A DNA stretch of 64,000 nucleotides from a virus. The notes below the pieces were generated by a model. It was not told the origin of the DNA, searched no databases, and saw nothing but the letters and a program-made list of their open reading frames with translations. Below, in pieces: positions 41,051 to 51,663 of this stretch. The stretch covers positions 7,215 through 71,214 of the IMG/VR virus record IMGVR_UViG_3300031688_000007; one strand, given 5' to 3'. Position 1 is the stretch's first letter. Each line of letters begins with the position of its first letter. The translations under genes were made by a program, and so were the position numbers.

Positions 41051-41053
41051 TCC

Positions 41054-41746
41054 TTACTCTCCTGATGCAGCTACGACAGCTGCAGGTGTGGCATCAACAA
41101 CAGCTTGAGCTTCTGCCCTCTCTGTAGTATCTGTAGTTATTAGCGGATTAGTAACTGTGCTTACTGTAGCAACTGCTTCTATATCATCAGAGTATATCGT
41201 AATCTCAACTGTAGCATCAACTGGTTCAATGGCTGTCTGAGTAATAACAGAAGCTACTACAATGTCCATCTCCTCAGTATCTTCATTCCAGACTTCTTCA
41301 CCTGTAACTTGCATCTCGGTTAACTCTTCACGTCCATCAGCTACTACATACTTAGCTAGTCGGGTGACTGCTGTGTTGTATTCAGCTAGCTGCGAAGCGA
41401 ATAGCTTGTCTGCTGCTGCGGTGAGGATCTCTGCGGGTACTTCAGCTAGTGTAGTGCCTCCAGTGATGCTCTTAGGGAAAGCAGCCTTAACAGCAGCTAC
41501 GTGAGCAGCTTGAGTTCCATCAGCAATCATGTCTAGTTGGTCGCCTGTGGAAGCGTACCCATCTGGGCCAGTGCGTAGGGCTACATAGTCAGGAGCTATT
41601 ACGTCAGCACCCTCAGGGGTGTTACCTTCGTTGATCCAGTCTAATAGCTCTTGGTAGTCTCTGTTAGCTGGGTCGTTGGGTACTGACATGTTGCCGTTGA
41701 TTAGGTAGCCACCATTCTCATGTAGTTTTACTGTCTCAATAGTCAT
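41054..41746 (-). CDS. tail fibre assembly-like protein
   Basis: VP.DPANRDYQE.L.W..EGNTP and Y....DQLDM motifs. Confidence 0.6.
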   Translation of the reverse strand: MTIETVKLHENGGYLINGNMSVPNDPANRDYQELLDWINEGNTPEGADVIAPDYVALRTGPDGYASTGDQLDMIADGTQAAHVAAVKAAFPKSITGGTTLAEVPAEILTAAADKLFASQLAEYNTAVTRLAKYVVADGREELTEMQVTGEEVWNEDTEEMDIVVASVITQTAIEPVDATVEITIYSDDIEAVATVSTVTNPLITTDTTERAEAQAVVDATPAAVVAASGE

Positions 41747-41747
41747 G

Positions 41748-42797
41748 TTATAGCTCCGCACTAAATGCTAGGTAACCTGTTGTGCCGTTCCTTACAGCAA
41801 GGAGTGCACCCTTGTTTACAATTGCGCTGCTTTGATGGGTGCAGGTAAGGTACGACGATGCCGCCCCCAGAACGCTCCCGCTAAAATTTGTAATTAGCAG
41901 GTCATATATAGTTCTATCTGTAGCTATGAGACTACTAAAGGATAGACTTGGTGTTGTTCTCATCTGCACAGGGTTAACGAAAGTAAATCTAGATGTTGTG
42001 ATGTGGGTTGACACTCCACTAGCTATGCCCACATAAGCTGCCCCACCGAATCGCTGATAATACCTTTGACACAACGCCAACTCTTCACCATAGCTGCGGT
42101 GTTCAAAGTCAGTGGCGGTTGAGCCTAGTTCTAGTTGGAGCATCGTATAGTAGATGTTCGCCCCACTCATATTCACAGCGGCAGATCCAATTGTCAGATC
42201 CGCAAAAGTGTTAGATCCAGCAGTAGAGGGGCAGGTAAACGTATGTGTCTTCCTTACCCAGCTCGTTGTTACATCTTCAGTAGAGAGGCTTACCCCCACC
42301 CCACCTATATAGAAAGCACTATTATCAAGTATCAGAGATTTGTCTGCCTTCACGTAATAGCTCAAGGTCAGAACCTTACCCAGATGAGGTAGAATGTCAC
42401 TTATTTCAACTCTGTAATTTAATCGGTGCTGCCCCAGATCACTCTGTACGGGATAGGTTCTTTTGAGGACACTGACGGTGCTGCCATCCACCAATTGTGA
42501 AGAAAGTATAGCTTCATTTACTAGGGGATAAGTGTTGGACGTAGCACCGTTATAACTTGATCTCCAGCGGTCTGCCGTGTGGTATCCATAGGCCATGCCT
42601 GTAGCACTTGTACCCCGTTGAGTTACAGCCATTGCACCATTAATGATAAGGTTCTTACGGCCTGCATTAATACTATCTCTTACATCCTGAACACTGTCAG
42701 CCCTTAGTACAGCTTCACCAGCTATGCCGCTAGGCTTGTCCAGTTCTGCTAACTTCTCCCTGATGTTGATCGAGGGTTTGCTTATGTTTACTGTCAT
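41748..42797 (-). CDS. tail fibre-associated carbohydrate-binding-like protein
   Basis: RKNLIINGAM.V.QRGT, ADRW, QLELGS.AT.FEHRSYGEELALCQRYY. Confidence 0.8.
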   Translation of the reverse strand: MTVNISKPSINIREKLAELDKPSGIAGEAVLRADSVQDVRDSINAGRKNLIINGAMAVTQRGTSATGMAYGYHTADRWRSSYNGATSNTYPLVNEAILSSQLVDGSTVSVLKRTYPVQSDLGQHRLNYRVEISDILPHLGKVLTLSYYVKADKSLILDNSAFYIGGVGVSLSTEDVTTSWVRKTHTFTCPSTAGSNTFADLTIGSAAVNMSGANIYYTMLQLELGSTATDFEHRSYGEELALCQRYYQRFGGAAYVGIASGVSTHITTSRFTFVNPVQMRTTPSLSFSSLIATDRTIYDLLITNFSGSVLGAASSYLTCTHQSSAIVNKGALLAVRNGTTGYLAFSAEL

Positions 42798-42799
42798 GG

Positions 42800-45562
42800 T
42801 TATTCCTCGACTACTAGGTTATTGGAAGCTGAGATAGTTGAACCAACGGCTGATGTGGTGTTGTCTACTCTGCGTAATCCTTGGAATACTGAGCGACCTG
42901 ATGATGTGCCTACGTGGAGTAAGTTGGTTGTATCATCGTGAGCCAGAGCTTTGACAGCATCGGATGTGCCGTAGAGAGTTGCTTGTGCATTCTCTTGGAA
43001 CAAAGGCTTCTCTGCTTCGTAGATGTCTTTGATCTGCTGGGCTGATGGGGCTGTTGCTGAGATACGGAAGAGGGCTGCACTGGAGTTGCCAAGGTGGTGA
43101 GATGCCTCGTACCCGACCACTACACTTGCGCCAACATTTGTAATAGAATTTGCCATAGGGCCAGTAGTACGTAAGATACCGTTAACATAGAAATAAACAA
43201 CGCCAGACCTTCGGGCTACAGTAAGAAACTGCCAAGTTGAGCGTGTTAAAGGACTAGTAAAGACCGATGTATTATTAGTATAAAAATAGTAGTTGTTAGC
43301 ACTACTATCAATCCGTAAGCTCCACGCATTTGTTGCTGTGTTTGTAGATAGAACCCTGCTAAGAATAGATGCGTAGGTTGACACATTCGATCCCACCTTT
43401 ATCCAACCCATAATACTAAAATCACCAGTTCCGAAGTCTAGGTCACTGATGTAAGGCTGTACCAGAAAGTTACTCGTAGAGAATCCTGAGTAACCCACAA
43501 GGTCTGCACCAGTTGCTACTGGAGTCTTGGTGATTGTTCCGTGTACAGCTAGGCCGTTGGCGTTTACTGAGCGGTCATTGTCTGCTTCCTTGACTGAGAT
43601 AGTATATGCAACAGTTGAGCCAGCAACAGGGCTACCATAGAAGTAAACTCCTGAAAGGCTCCCAGTTTGCACAAAGGTTAGGCTTCTAAGGGCTGTTGTT
43701 CCCTGCCCTGCAAATACGGATACATTAGAAGCTACATCGACTAGGCGTGTGTCATTATCTGCGGTAAACGCTGTGTCACACTGAATATCAATATTATATG
43801 CCTGACCTATAACACCATTAAAATTCACCCGTATATAGCCTGATGATGTACCAGAGTCTGAGTCTTCCGTTAGAGTAAATGTCAGGTCTCCACTGGTATA
43901 TGTGTATGAAGCTAGCCTTGCTGCGCCAGCGAGTTGTGCATTACCACCCAACTCAGTACCTAAGTTCGTACTATCAGTATCACTCAATGCTGCGAGTTTG
44001 ATGTCACCGACCATGTAGCCTGTGTTGTAGTCTGAGGTGATGTAGGCTACTGAGCTATCAGGTGCGCTAGGATGGTTAGTTCCAGAGAACTTGTCTACAT
44101 TAAGCAGGGTTAGCTTGTTGTTAAAGGCAAATGCCGTGTCGTGTATAGAAGCAACGATGTCATTACTTGAATCAGACAGGCTTGGGTTGGTGTTCAGAGC
44201 AGGTTTATTACCTGTGACTCCCCTAGCATCATAGCTAGTACCACCCACCAAAGTTGAAGCATATACACCTGAAGTGTCAGCAGAAGGAATGTCGATATAC
44301 ACCTTACGCCAGTACGTCTGTCCTGAGCCAGATTGTTGAGTTGCATAACTAATTTGGTTGCCCTTAAAAGAGATAGCCTTGGCCTTCTTATAAGTCTGAG
44401 TATGAGTTATATCAACCACGCTCCCATCATCCTTAATCACACTCACGCCACCATTGGTAGCCACTGCAATCGTTGGAATCGGTAGGCCAGTTGCGGAGTC
44501 TATAGGAGCATTGGGTAGCACTGTCATTGCTATGTCGTTGACTGCGTTACTAATAATATCTAGTGAAGGATTACCTAATGCTGTGCCTGCGGAGAAGGTG
44601 TGGCCTGACGTATTTCGTAAGGATAAAGGAGCCGTATCCACCCCTCCGTACAATCCATTGGTTAAGTGAGCTTGGCTTCTATCCAAAATAAAGTCTATGT
44701 CCACCAAACCCTGACTGTTTGGGGCTGTGCCAACTAACAACCTTGCGTTAAGCATTCCTGTGGAAGTATTACTTGTGCCTACTATCAATGAGTAGTTCCA
44801 CCCACCTATTTGCGTAAACACCATCCACATAGGCATACTAGGATCATCACCATCGTAGATAGTAACCTTGTTAGACTCTGCAACAATCACCGCAACCGCT
44901 GGGAACTCTTTACGAGAACCACGAGTTGATGTATTCAATGTTTCGTTGTACCAAGATGTGCCTTGTGTACGCTTGCGCCATGCTCCACCATCTGAGTCTT
45001 TGCTAGTGTCGTAAACAAATACGTCTACTGCTGTGACTGATTTGGATTGGGCAATAGCAGTGAGGTCTACGTTGGTGAAGTCTACTGCATCTGTTGTTGC
45101 AACACCTTGGTTTAAAGCTTTAACAGCAGTAATGTTAGTTAGCTCACTATCCATTAATGCACCAGAGGAGGTTACATTAGCTGTGTCAGTTACATCTGCT
45201 GAGGCTTCAACGTTATCTAGCTTAGATCCATCTACAGATACATCACGCCCATCAAAGGTACTGTTAGTGGTAATGGCACCTGTCATAGCTCCACCGGTAA
45301 GTGGTAGCTTTAGAGCAATGTTGTCTGTGACTGTAGTGGAGAATGCTGCATCATCACCTAACGCTGCTGCAAGTTCATTTAGTGTATTGAGGGCATCTGG
45401 GGATGAGTCAACTAGGCTGCTCACTGCAGTAGATATTTCTGCAGCCAGGCCAGTTACCTTACTGTGGTCAACATCAGAGATCTTAACGTTTGATATTGCA
45501 CCATCTTTAACTTGTTCTGTATCTACATCATCAAAACCACTGACGTTACCTATGTAAGCCAT
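42800..45562 (-). CDS. tail fibre/adhesin with LamG (concanavalin A-like) domain
   Basis: LNELAAALGDD, FGTGDFSI.GW.K ... WQF...RR.G...FY.NG LamG pattern. Confidence 0.8.
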   Translation of the reverse strand: MAYIGNVSGFDDVDTEQVKDGAISNVKISDVDHSKVTGLAAEISTAVSSLVDSSPDALNTLNELAAALGDDAAFSTTVTDNIALKLPLTGGAMTGAITTNSTFDGRDVSVDGSKLDNVEASADVTDTANVTSSGALMDSELTNITAVKALNQGVATTDAVDFTNVDLTAIAQSKSVTAVDVFVYDTSKDSDGGAWRKRTQGTSWYNETLNTSTRGSRKEFPAVAVIVAESNKVTIYDGDDPSMPMWMVFTQIGGWNYSLIVGTSNTSTGMLNARLLVGTAPNSQGLVDIDFILDRSQAHLTNGLYGGVDTAPLSLRNTSGHTFSAGTALGNPSLDIISNAVNDIAMTVLPNAPIDSATGLPIPTIAVATNGGVSVIKDDGSVVDITHTQTYKKAKAISFKGNQISYATQQSGSGQTYWRKVYIDIPSADTSGVYASTLVGGTSYDARGVTGNKPALNTNPSLSDSSNDIVASIHDTAFAFNNKLTLLNVDKFSGTNHPSAPDSSVAYITSDYNTGYMVGDIKLAALSDTDSTNLGTELGGNAQLAGAARLASYTYTSGDLTFTLTEDSDSGTSSGYIRVNFNGVIGQAYNIDIQCDTAFTADNDTRLVDVASNVSVFAGQGTTALRSLTFVQTGSLSGVYFYGSPVAGSTVAYTISVKEADNDRSVNANGLAVHGTITKTPVATGADLVGYSGFSTSNFLVQPYISDLDFGTGDFSIMGWIKVGSNVSTYASILSRVLSTNTATNAWSLRIDSSANNYYFYTNNTSVFTSPLTRSTWQFLTVARRSGVVYFYVNGILRTTGPMANSITNVGASVVVGYEASHHLGNSSAALFRISATAPSAQQIKDIYEAEKPLFQENAQATLYGTSDAVKALAHDDTTNLLHVGTSSGRSVFQGLRRVDNTTSAVGSTISASNNLVVEE

Positions 45563-45572
45563 CTTGTTCCCC

Positions 45573-45896
45573 TTAAGCGATTTCTAGGATACTTGCGAAC
45601 ACTTCAAGGTCACCTGCAGTTGATGCAGTTAATCCAATAATATCACCAGCTTCTAGGTTCATTGGTTTGTCTAGTAGTAGCGTAGCATCTGCCGGTACTG
45701 GTACAGTCTTAGCTACATGACGGTATGTTGTGCCACCATCTACGGTGATCTCAACTGTTACATCAGCATCATCAACACCATCAATGTTAGAGATGTATAG
45801 TGCGTGAATAACAGCCTGTGTGTTTGCTGGGCAGGTGTATAGGGTAGTACGTGAGGTACCAATTGCCATGCCTGCGTTCTTAAATGTATTCGCCAT
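45573..45896 (-). CDS. small virion structural protein
   Basis: MANTFKNA, LYTCPA, LEAGD pattern common in marine phage tail modules. Confidence 0.65.
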   Translation of the reverse strand: MANTFKNAGMAIGTSRTTLYTCPANTQAVIHALYISNIDGVDDADVTVEITVDGGTTYRHVAKTVPVPADATLLLDKPMNLEAGDIIGLTASTAGDLEVFASILEIA

Positions 45897-45900
45897 TTGG

Positions 45901-46281
45901 TTAGCCTCCTAGAGCTATAGCCATTGCTACGGAAGCACCAATGGGATCATGTACTGTGCTTTCAGCGGCTGTACTCTCTGTAAGGAGATCTGTTATTAAG
46001 CCAGCTGTAATTCGTATTTGAACATGTGACCCAGTTATCCAAGATAACGCTGTGGTGCTCTCATGTCCTCGTACTATAGTGCATGTAGTGCCAGATACGG
46101 CAGTACACTTAACAATTTCAGTAACTGAGTTAAGGTTATCTGACAGCGTTAAGTACATCACATCTCCCCCACCTAGTGTAGGAAAGGTAGAAGTGCTTGC
46201 AACAGAAAGAGTAGTAACTGTACTATTTATAGCTGCAGCTAGGGTAGACCTAGCATTGTTACTGTACTTAATCGCCATCAT
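45901..46281 (-). CDS. virion structural protein
   Basis: NNA.STLA, EIVK.T, RG.E.T, ends AMAIALGG. Confidence 0.65.
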   Translation of the reverse strand: MMAIKYSNNARSTLAAAINSTVTTLSVASTSTFPTLGGGDVMYLTLSDNLNSVTEIVKCTAVSGTTCTIVRGHESTTALSWITGSHVQIRITAGLITDLLTESTAAESTVHDPIGASVAMAIALGG

Positions 46282-46288
46282 GTTCCCC

Positions 46289-46720
46289 TTAAGAGATTGT
46301 TACATCCCATACGATAGTAACAGTATCGTCTGCACCCTTGTTAACTACTGGGAACACTGTACGTGCAAGCATCGTACCACCAGATGAGGCAGAGAATAAG
46401 CCTGCTTCAGTTAACGCACCGGTACCATCACCTGGTGACCATGTACATGAGTAGGATACTACTGCGTTTGTAACAGTGCCACCAGAGGTTGCAAGTGCAT
46501 TACGATCTAACTCAGATCCTAAAGCTGCGTCCGCTGCTACCGCTGCTGCAGTGCCAGTACCAACACCCATATGGGTAAGAGGTGTAACCGTACCACCTTG
46601 TAAATTAGCAGCAACTAACTCTTTACCAGAGGTTACTACTAGGTTTCTAATGTCACGCACAACTTCGCCGTTCAAGGAGACAGTCAGCGCACCAGTTAGA
46701 GATAGCTTATCGTTAAGCAT
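46289..46720 (-). CDS. tail-associated structural protein
   Basis: NLVVTSG, MGVGTG, TEAGLF.A.SGGTML.RTVF.V.NK (baseplate/fibre-attachment-like). Confidence 0.7.
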   Translation of the reverse strand: MLNDKLSLTGALTVSLNGEVVRDIRNLVVTSGKELVAANLQGGTVTPLTHMGVGTGTAAAVAADAALGSELDRNALATSGGTVTNAVVSYSCTWSPGDGTGALTEAGLFSASSGGTMLARTVFPVVNKGADDTVTIVWDVTIS

Positions 46721-46732
46721 TGATCTTCTCCT

Positions 46733-47899
46733 TTACCCGAAGGTGCTTTCATTAAATGGAATGTTATTAAATAACATTAAGTTGCCTGGGACATATGATA
46801 CATTAAATGCATCAGATACTATAGCAACATCAGTTGCCTCTTTAGAGGACTGAATACTTAGTAAGTCACTAATAACAGTGACGTTACCCTTGTGTAGTGT
46901 GGCTTGATCCATGAAGCCAAACGCATCATCCACCGCCACAGCATCCGTGAAGAATTTGTGCATGGTCTTTGCGACTTGATCTACTGTCACAGCAGAATCT
47001 ATGATTTTACTAATAATACTCTTTTTAAGCAGTGTAAGCACACTGGTTGCATCAGATTTATTCAGAGTATTGGATAGAGCTACTTGATCTGCCAATTCGC
47101 CTGTTGCATCTGATAGAGGTTTTATTAGGATACTGCGCACAGTCTCTGTAACTAATGGAGCATCCACAAGTACATGTATCATCACTTTTCTAAGAGAGTC
47201 TGCAAACATCACAGTATCACTAAGCGCCTTGTCAGTATTGATATGGTTCAACATATCAACTGTAGACATAGTGTCTGCTTTAAGGATGCTAAGGGCTAAT
47301 GTAGTATGATCTACAGTGCCTACAATATTATGTTTAGTACCATTATAGAACTTATCAATACCTGCAAAGTCGTCTAAGGCAACGTAGTCTTGGAAGTGTC
47401 TAACGTAGCTAGCAACAAGGTCAAATGTATCAGAGGAGGCAACTGAATCGTTGAATGCCTTAATAGTTGTGACATCAAACACATCACTAAGGAATGTATT
47501 ATCTGCAAAGACCTTATGGAGGGCTAGACGGAAGATGTCAGTCACTACAGAGCCGTCTAAGAGGGGTTTGCGTATATCGAGCACACTGGCCTCGATTACA
47601 CCTATAACCTCTCCTACGGCCTTATTTAGGGCTAGTGCGTACGTATCTGGAGCGCTTAAGCTCTCATGCTTAGCTAAAGAGATGTGTGCGAAGTAATCCT
47701 CACTAACTGAGGCTAAATCGTGAAGGATTCGGTTCTTTGTATCAGGATCCAAGAAAACATTAGTCATCTCTGGATCTGAATAGGTGAGTGTACCGACCTC
47801 AAGTTTCACGTAGGCAAGGTTAGCTACTTCAAGCTGTTGATATACTAGAGCAGCTACCTCAAGATTGACTCGCTCTAGTAAGCCTATCTTAATAGCCAT
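46733..47899 (-). CDS. repetitive structural protein
   Basis: 388 aa with recurring K...D....(S/T)D repeats. Confidence 0.65.
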   Translation of the reverse strand: MAIKIGLLERVNLEVAALVYQQLEVANLAYVKLEVGTLTYSDPEMTNVFLDPDTKNRILHDLASVSEDYFAHISLAKHESLSAPDTYALALNKAVGEVIGVIEASVLDIRKPLLDGSVVTDIFRLALHKVFADNTFLSDVFDVTTIKAFNDSVASSDTFDLVASYVRHFQDYVALDDFAGIDKFYNGTKHNIVGTVDHTTLALSILKADTMSTVDMLNHINTDKALSDTVMFADSLRKVMIHVLVDAPLVTETVRSILIKPLSDATGELADQVALSNTLNKSDATSVLTLLKKSIISKIIDSAVTVDQVAKTMHKFFTDAVAVDDAFGFMDQATLHKGNVTVISDLLSIQSSKEATDVAIVSDAFNVSYVPGNLMLFNNIPFNESTFG

Positions 47900-48276
47900 T
47901 AGTAGTCCTCGCGCACCTCAAACTTCAACTCATCGAATACGGTCTGCACCTTACCATCTATGTAGGTCAGCTCAATCTCACCTGTAAAGATGCCCGCTGT
48001 ATCTAACGAGGCCGTAGGCCACTGCATGAATACCTTACCTGATGTGTACGGAGCAATTCGGTACATCGAGATTGAGACCTTAACCGTAGCACCACCTAGT
48101 GGGCGTACTTTAAGTACTACGGTGGCTACGTTAGTCAGATCGACAGCAATGTTATCGGTACCATCTGTTAGAGTTAAATTAAGCTCAGGAGACGTGTCAT
48201 TGCGGACTAACTTAAGCGTGTGACTATAGCTGTGTGATACAGCCTCTGAGTTAGTGCCTGTAGATATTAACGCCAT
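47899..48276 (-). CDS. BppU-like Ig-fold attachment protein
   Basis: RNDT.P.L, VDLT, W....LDTAG.F.GEIE..Y.DG...T. Confidence 0.65.
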   Translation of the reverse strand: MALISTGTNSEAVSHSYSHTLKLVRNDTSPELNLTLTDGTDNIAVDLTNVATVVLKVRPLGGATVKVSISMYRIAPYTSGKVFMQWPTASLDTAGIFTGEIELTYIDGKVQTVFDELKFEVREDY

Positions 48277-48893
48277 TACGCGAAACCTCGTTCTCTTAAT
48301 TTATCAACACTATTAAACATTTGTGCCTTGTAGCCAAACTTCCGTGCTTTACCCAACTCAACTTCATACTGGGTCTGGTACTTAGATGCGGCGCCACCTT
48401 CGGACATGTTGACTGATCCATGGGCTAAATAAGCCACATAGTTGGTCAGTACCTCCATTATACCATCACTGATAGCAATTTCGTCTGTAACATCTGTGAT
48501 CTCGCTGAAATCCTTCAGGTAAATCACAGAGATAGAAGTGACCTTGTTATTAGGATCATCCCGGTGGCCTACAAAGGAAATCTTGTTGTAGCTGGATGTG
48601 AATACACTACGTGGGTCACCCTCTACATCAAGAGGTAGCTCTGTACCATCTTGGTCGTAGACAGCAGTAACACGTAGTATTAACGGGTCAGTTATCTCGT
48701 AAGTGTACACACCTGTTGTAACTGCGAAGGCTGCTTCTTGCTCTAAGATATTTAACTCAGAGTTGACCTTCTTCAGTCCTCGATTAACATACGAAAAGAT
48801 TTTGTCTAGATTGGCCTGCACGGTGATGTCACTAACAGCTAAGTCAGACAGCTCACCAAAGCGTAGGTAATCTAATAGTCGAGAGACCTTCAT
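48276..48893 (-). CDS. head-tail adaptor (N4 gp67-like)
   Basis: L..GELS, L.NYVAY, ends KL.ERGF. Confidence 0.75.
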   Translation of the reverse strand: MKVSRLLDYLRFGELSDLAVSDITVQANLDKIFSYVNRGLKKVNSELNILEQEAAFAVTTGVYTYEITDPLILRVTAVYDQDGTELPLDVEGDPRSVFTSSYNKISFVGHRDDPNNKVTSISVIYLKDFSEITDVTDEIAISDGIMEVLTNYVAYLAHGSVNMSEGGAASKYQTQYEVELGKARKFGYKAQMFNSVDKLRERGFA

Positions 48894-48957
48894 TAGTGCA
48901 CCTTATAAATATTGAATAGATTCAAATTATACATAACTACCTGCTTAATGCAATTCA

Positions 48958-49551
48958 TTACGGCTCAAGCACCGTTATACGCGCTGCTAGGCTGGTCATC
49001 GTATCTGACCCTACTTGCACCTCTGTAGCTGTTAGTGTGCCGGCAACTGTAGCACCTGCTGCACTAGTGCTGAGCTTAGTAACGTTGCTGTAGTTCAAGG
49101 AGGTGACAGTTGGAGTTAATGCTACTCCGGTTAGTCCACCACATACCAATGCCCAAGAGCCTGGAGCCACTAAGTAAGCACCACTATCCTGGTCAGCAGT
49201 AAATGCAATACCGGGTGTATTTGCAGCACCTGAGCTGAACTTACCTGTACCTACCGTATCACGTACAGTAGCGTAGTCGCCTATTAAGGTCTGAACCTGG
49301 GTAACCAAAGCAGGTACCATGCCCTGTGTTGGAATTACGGAGTAAGTAGCAGTCGCTGCAGTTGCACTAGTGTACGCAGAGTTTAGCGTAAGCTGAGTGT
49401 CTGTAGCAATGCTTAGCACCTCATAAAGGTTCTTATCAGGCCCATAAAAGATATGCCCTGTCTTAACAGTAGATAGGAAGCTAGTTCCAACACCTGTTAC
49501 TGTTGCTGAGTTATTGGTAACTGATACTGTGCCTACGCTATACCAAGCCAT
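48958..49551 (-). CDS. short tail fibre-like protein
   Basis: WYS.GTVSVTN.S.TVTG.GT.F N-terminal module. Confidence 0.7.
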   Translation of the reverse strand: MAWYSVGTVSVTNNSATVTGVGTSFLSTVKTGHIFYGPDKNLYEVLSIATDTQLTLNSAYTSATAATATYSVIPTQGMVPALVTQVQTLIGDYATVRDTVGTGKFSSGAANTPGIAFTADQDSGAYLVAPGSWALVCGGLTGVALTPTVTSLNYSNVTKLSTSAAGATVAGTLTATEVQVGSDTMTSLAARITVLEP

Positions 49552-49605
49552 GGTGTTTACTTCCTATATTAATCAATAATTTTATGCGTGTAAATGTAGC
49601 ATATA

Positions 49606-50262
49606 TTAAGTATCTATGTAATTTCCATCTCGGAATAATCTTGCTAAGTCTATTCGGTTACTTCTTCTACATAGAAATACGTGCCTACTTCTAAGTGTTT
49701 CATACGGACTACTTCCAGAGTACTCACTGTAATTTCTAACAGAGAGTACAACTCCAGATGTGCTAACTAACATAGTATACGCACTTGACTCACTAGCGTT
49801 GTCTGGAGAAAAGCCAAAGTCTTCTGTGGCTACTTGTGGCCGCATAGCTACAATGTATTCTTTAAAAGTATCAAACCCTGTGGGAGGCGTATTTCTGTAT
49901 TCTTCATACGGTTCCATTACAGATAATACAAAAGATCTACTTGGTTTCCACGTAGGTTGCTCGTCTGTAAATAATTGGTTAGCTAGAAAATATGATTTTC
50001 CTGTACTTAAAACAAATAGTCTGTGGGCAGATACAGTAGGTATTCCAAGCATATCCTTACATACGTTGTTTGGTACACAGGTTCTTATACACTCTAAATT
50101 AAACACTTCATGTATATAAGATTCTGTAACTGAAGAATAGTCCTCTATTACCTCATTTGGAAAAAATGCCTTAAGGTAATTAAAGGCTTCAATGCCTCTT
50201 TCAGAAGTAACACCGTAGTTTTGGGCAGACTGTCCTGTATTACTTATCATCAAGTCACTCAT
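49606..50262 (-). CDS. hypothetical protein
   Basis: 218-aa ORF, AT-rich. Confidence 0.7.
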   Translation of the reverse strand: MSDLMISNTGQSAQNYGVTSERGIEAFNYLKAFFPNEVIEDYSSVTESYIHEVFNLECIRTCVPNNVCKDMLGIPTVSAHRLFVLSTGKSYFLANQLFTDEQPTWKPSRSFVLSVMEPYEEYRNTPPTGFDTFKEYIVAMRPQVATEDFGFSPDNASESSAYTMLVSTSGVVLSVRNYSEYSGSSPYETLRSRHVFLCRRSNRIDLARLFRDGNYIDT

Positions 50263-50456
50263 AGCCAGTTTCCTGCTTTTAAATGAGTGATAAGTTCTTC
50301 CTCAATGTTTAAGTCATCTGCAACAAATATAGTAGATGTCACTGTAGTTTTGGTCTTAGTGTTATCGTCTTTCATAACAGATTTAGACACTTTGTATAAA
50401 ACTAATGTTCCATCACTTACAACATCTTCTTTTATTACCTTAAATGGTTTAATCAT
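50259..50456 (-). CDS. hypothetical protein
   Basis: ~65 aa from ATG 50456, overlapping both neighbours. Confidence 0.6.
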   Translation of the reverse strand: MIKPFKVIKEDVVSDGTLVLYKVSKSVMKDDNTKTKTTVTSTIFVADDLNIEEELITHLKAGNWL

Positions 50457-51369
50457 AGTAGCTCGCATCGCCAATTATAACAGTGTTATTGAATGTATTT
50501 ATTGTCTCATTACTATAAGGCCAGCTACCACCGGAGGCTGAGCTACCCCCTGTTCCAATACCAATTGCATAAGAGTCTGTATTGTACGTCCAATGGCACC
50601 CCCAATCGGATACACACCAAGTTGACTTCAACGAGCCTGAGCTCCATTGTATAACGTTCCTATAGAACGCCCAATAGTAACTATCATATTCGTACTCTCT
50701 CAGTAAACCAATACAGTTGCCCTTTACACTTATACCATCACAGACACTATCGGTCGTAGATACATGGATTTCCCTTTCTGCCTGAGCATTAGATGAGAAA
50801 AAGAATAGGGGCTTTGTGGGCAGACTAGTGCTGTATGAAGATGTATTGTCAGGTACAAAGGAGGCACTATAAGTGGCAACTGCTGTACTGCAACTCTCAG
50901 AGCTAAGGCCCGAGGAAGAGTAACTACTACTCGGTTGGCTAGGTTGTGATAAGGTAACAAGCCCCGTCACCAGTAAGGGGGTTGCCCGGCTATCAAAGGT
51001 GACTTGGTTACTATTATTGAAGACCTGTACGCCGTATGTGTCCCCTGAAGATGTTACAGCAGCCGTTGCAAAGATATAGATCTCAGGATTAACGCCATTA
51101 GTTAGCACCTCAACATCCCACACTCCAGATGACACACTTCTAACCGCAGTTATAGCACAGCTGTTACCGGAGGGTACATGAAAGAATGGTACAGGTGTCT
51201 CGCTAAGATTGAACCTATAGCGCATCAATTTAACCCCACCAAATATACCACTTGAATTCCTGTCAGTGTAGTCTGGTGATGTCTTCTTCTGCTTAAAGTG
51301 CAGGTTCTTAAATTCAGATGATATTAAGACCTGGCCAGCTGCATTAGTAGCCTCTAATCCGTAACTCAT
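50449..51369 (-). CDS. tail-tip accessory / receptor-binding candidate
   Basis: Two YG....N..GQ..FDS-type modules, Cys/Trp/Tyr-rich C-terminus. Confidence 0.6.
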   Translation of the reverse strand: MSYGLEATNAAGQVLISSEFKNLHFKQKKTSPDYTDRNSSGIFGGVKLMRYRFNLSETPVPFFHVPSGNSCAITAVRSVSSGVWDVEVLTNGVNPEIYIFATAAVTSSGDTYGVQVFNNSNQVTFDSRATPLLVTGLVTLSQPSQPSSSYSSSGLSSESCSTAVATYSASFVPDNTSSYSTSLPTKPLFFFSSNAQAEREIHVSTTDSVCDGISVKGNCIGLLREYEYDSYYWAFYRNVIQWSSGSLKSTWCVSDWGCHWTYNTDSYAIGIGTGGSSASGGSWPYSNETINTFNNTVIIGDASYYD

Positions 51370-51653
51370 CGCATTAACACTAGGATGTACATAGATTCTG
51401 ATCCCCCACTTATACTAATTGTTGTATTTCCGTTACTAAGGGTAGCTGTGTGTGAGGTAGCCTTCCTTGTGGAGTAAGGCGGGTCAATGAAAAACATGCC
51501 TACTTTGACCTCCTTGCCTGATAGTGAACTAAAGGTTCGTGTGTCAGAGGATCCAGCACCAACTGAATAAAAGTCTACTTGGTTCCATGTAACAGAGCTG
51601 GAGTCGTACTCTATGCTTGAGTCCGCTCCCCACATTCTAAATCCATAACTCAT
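51366..51653 (-). CDS. small tail-tip accessory protein
   Basis: MSYGFRMW..D....YDS motif, as in genes following siphovirus tip genes. Confidence 0.55.
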   Translation of the reverse strand: MSYGFRMWGADSSIEYDSSSVTWNQVDFYSVGAGSSDTRTFSSLSGKEVKVGMFFIDPPYSTRKATSHTATLSNGNTTISISGGSESMYILVLMR

Positions 51654-51663
51654 ATAGTGTACC

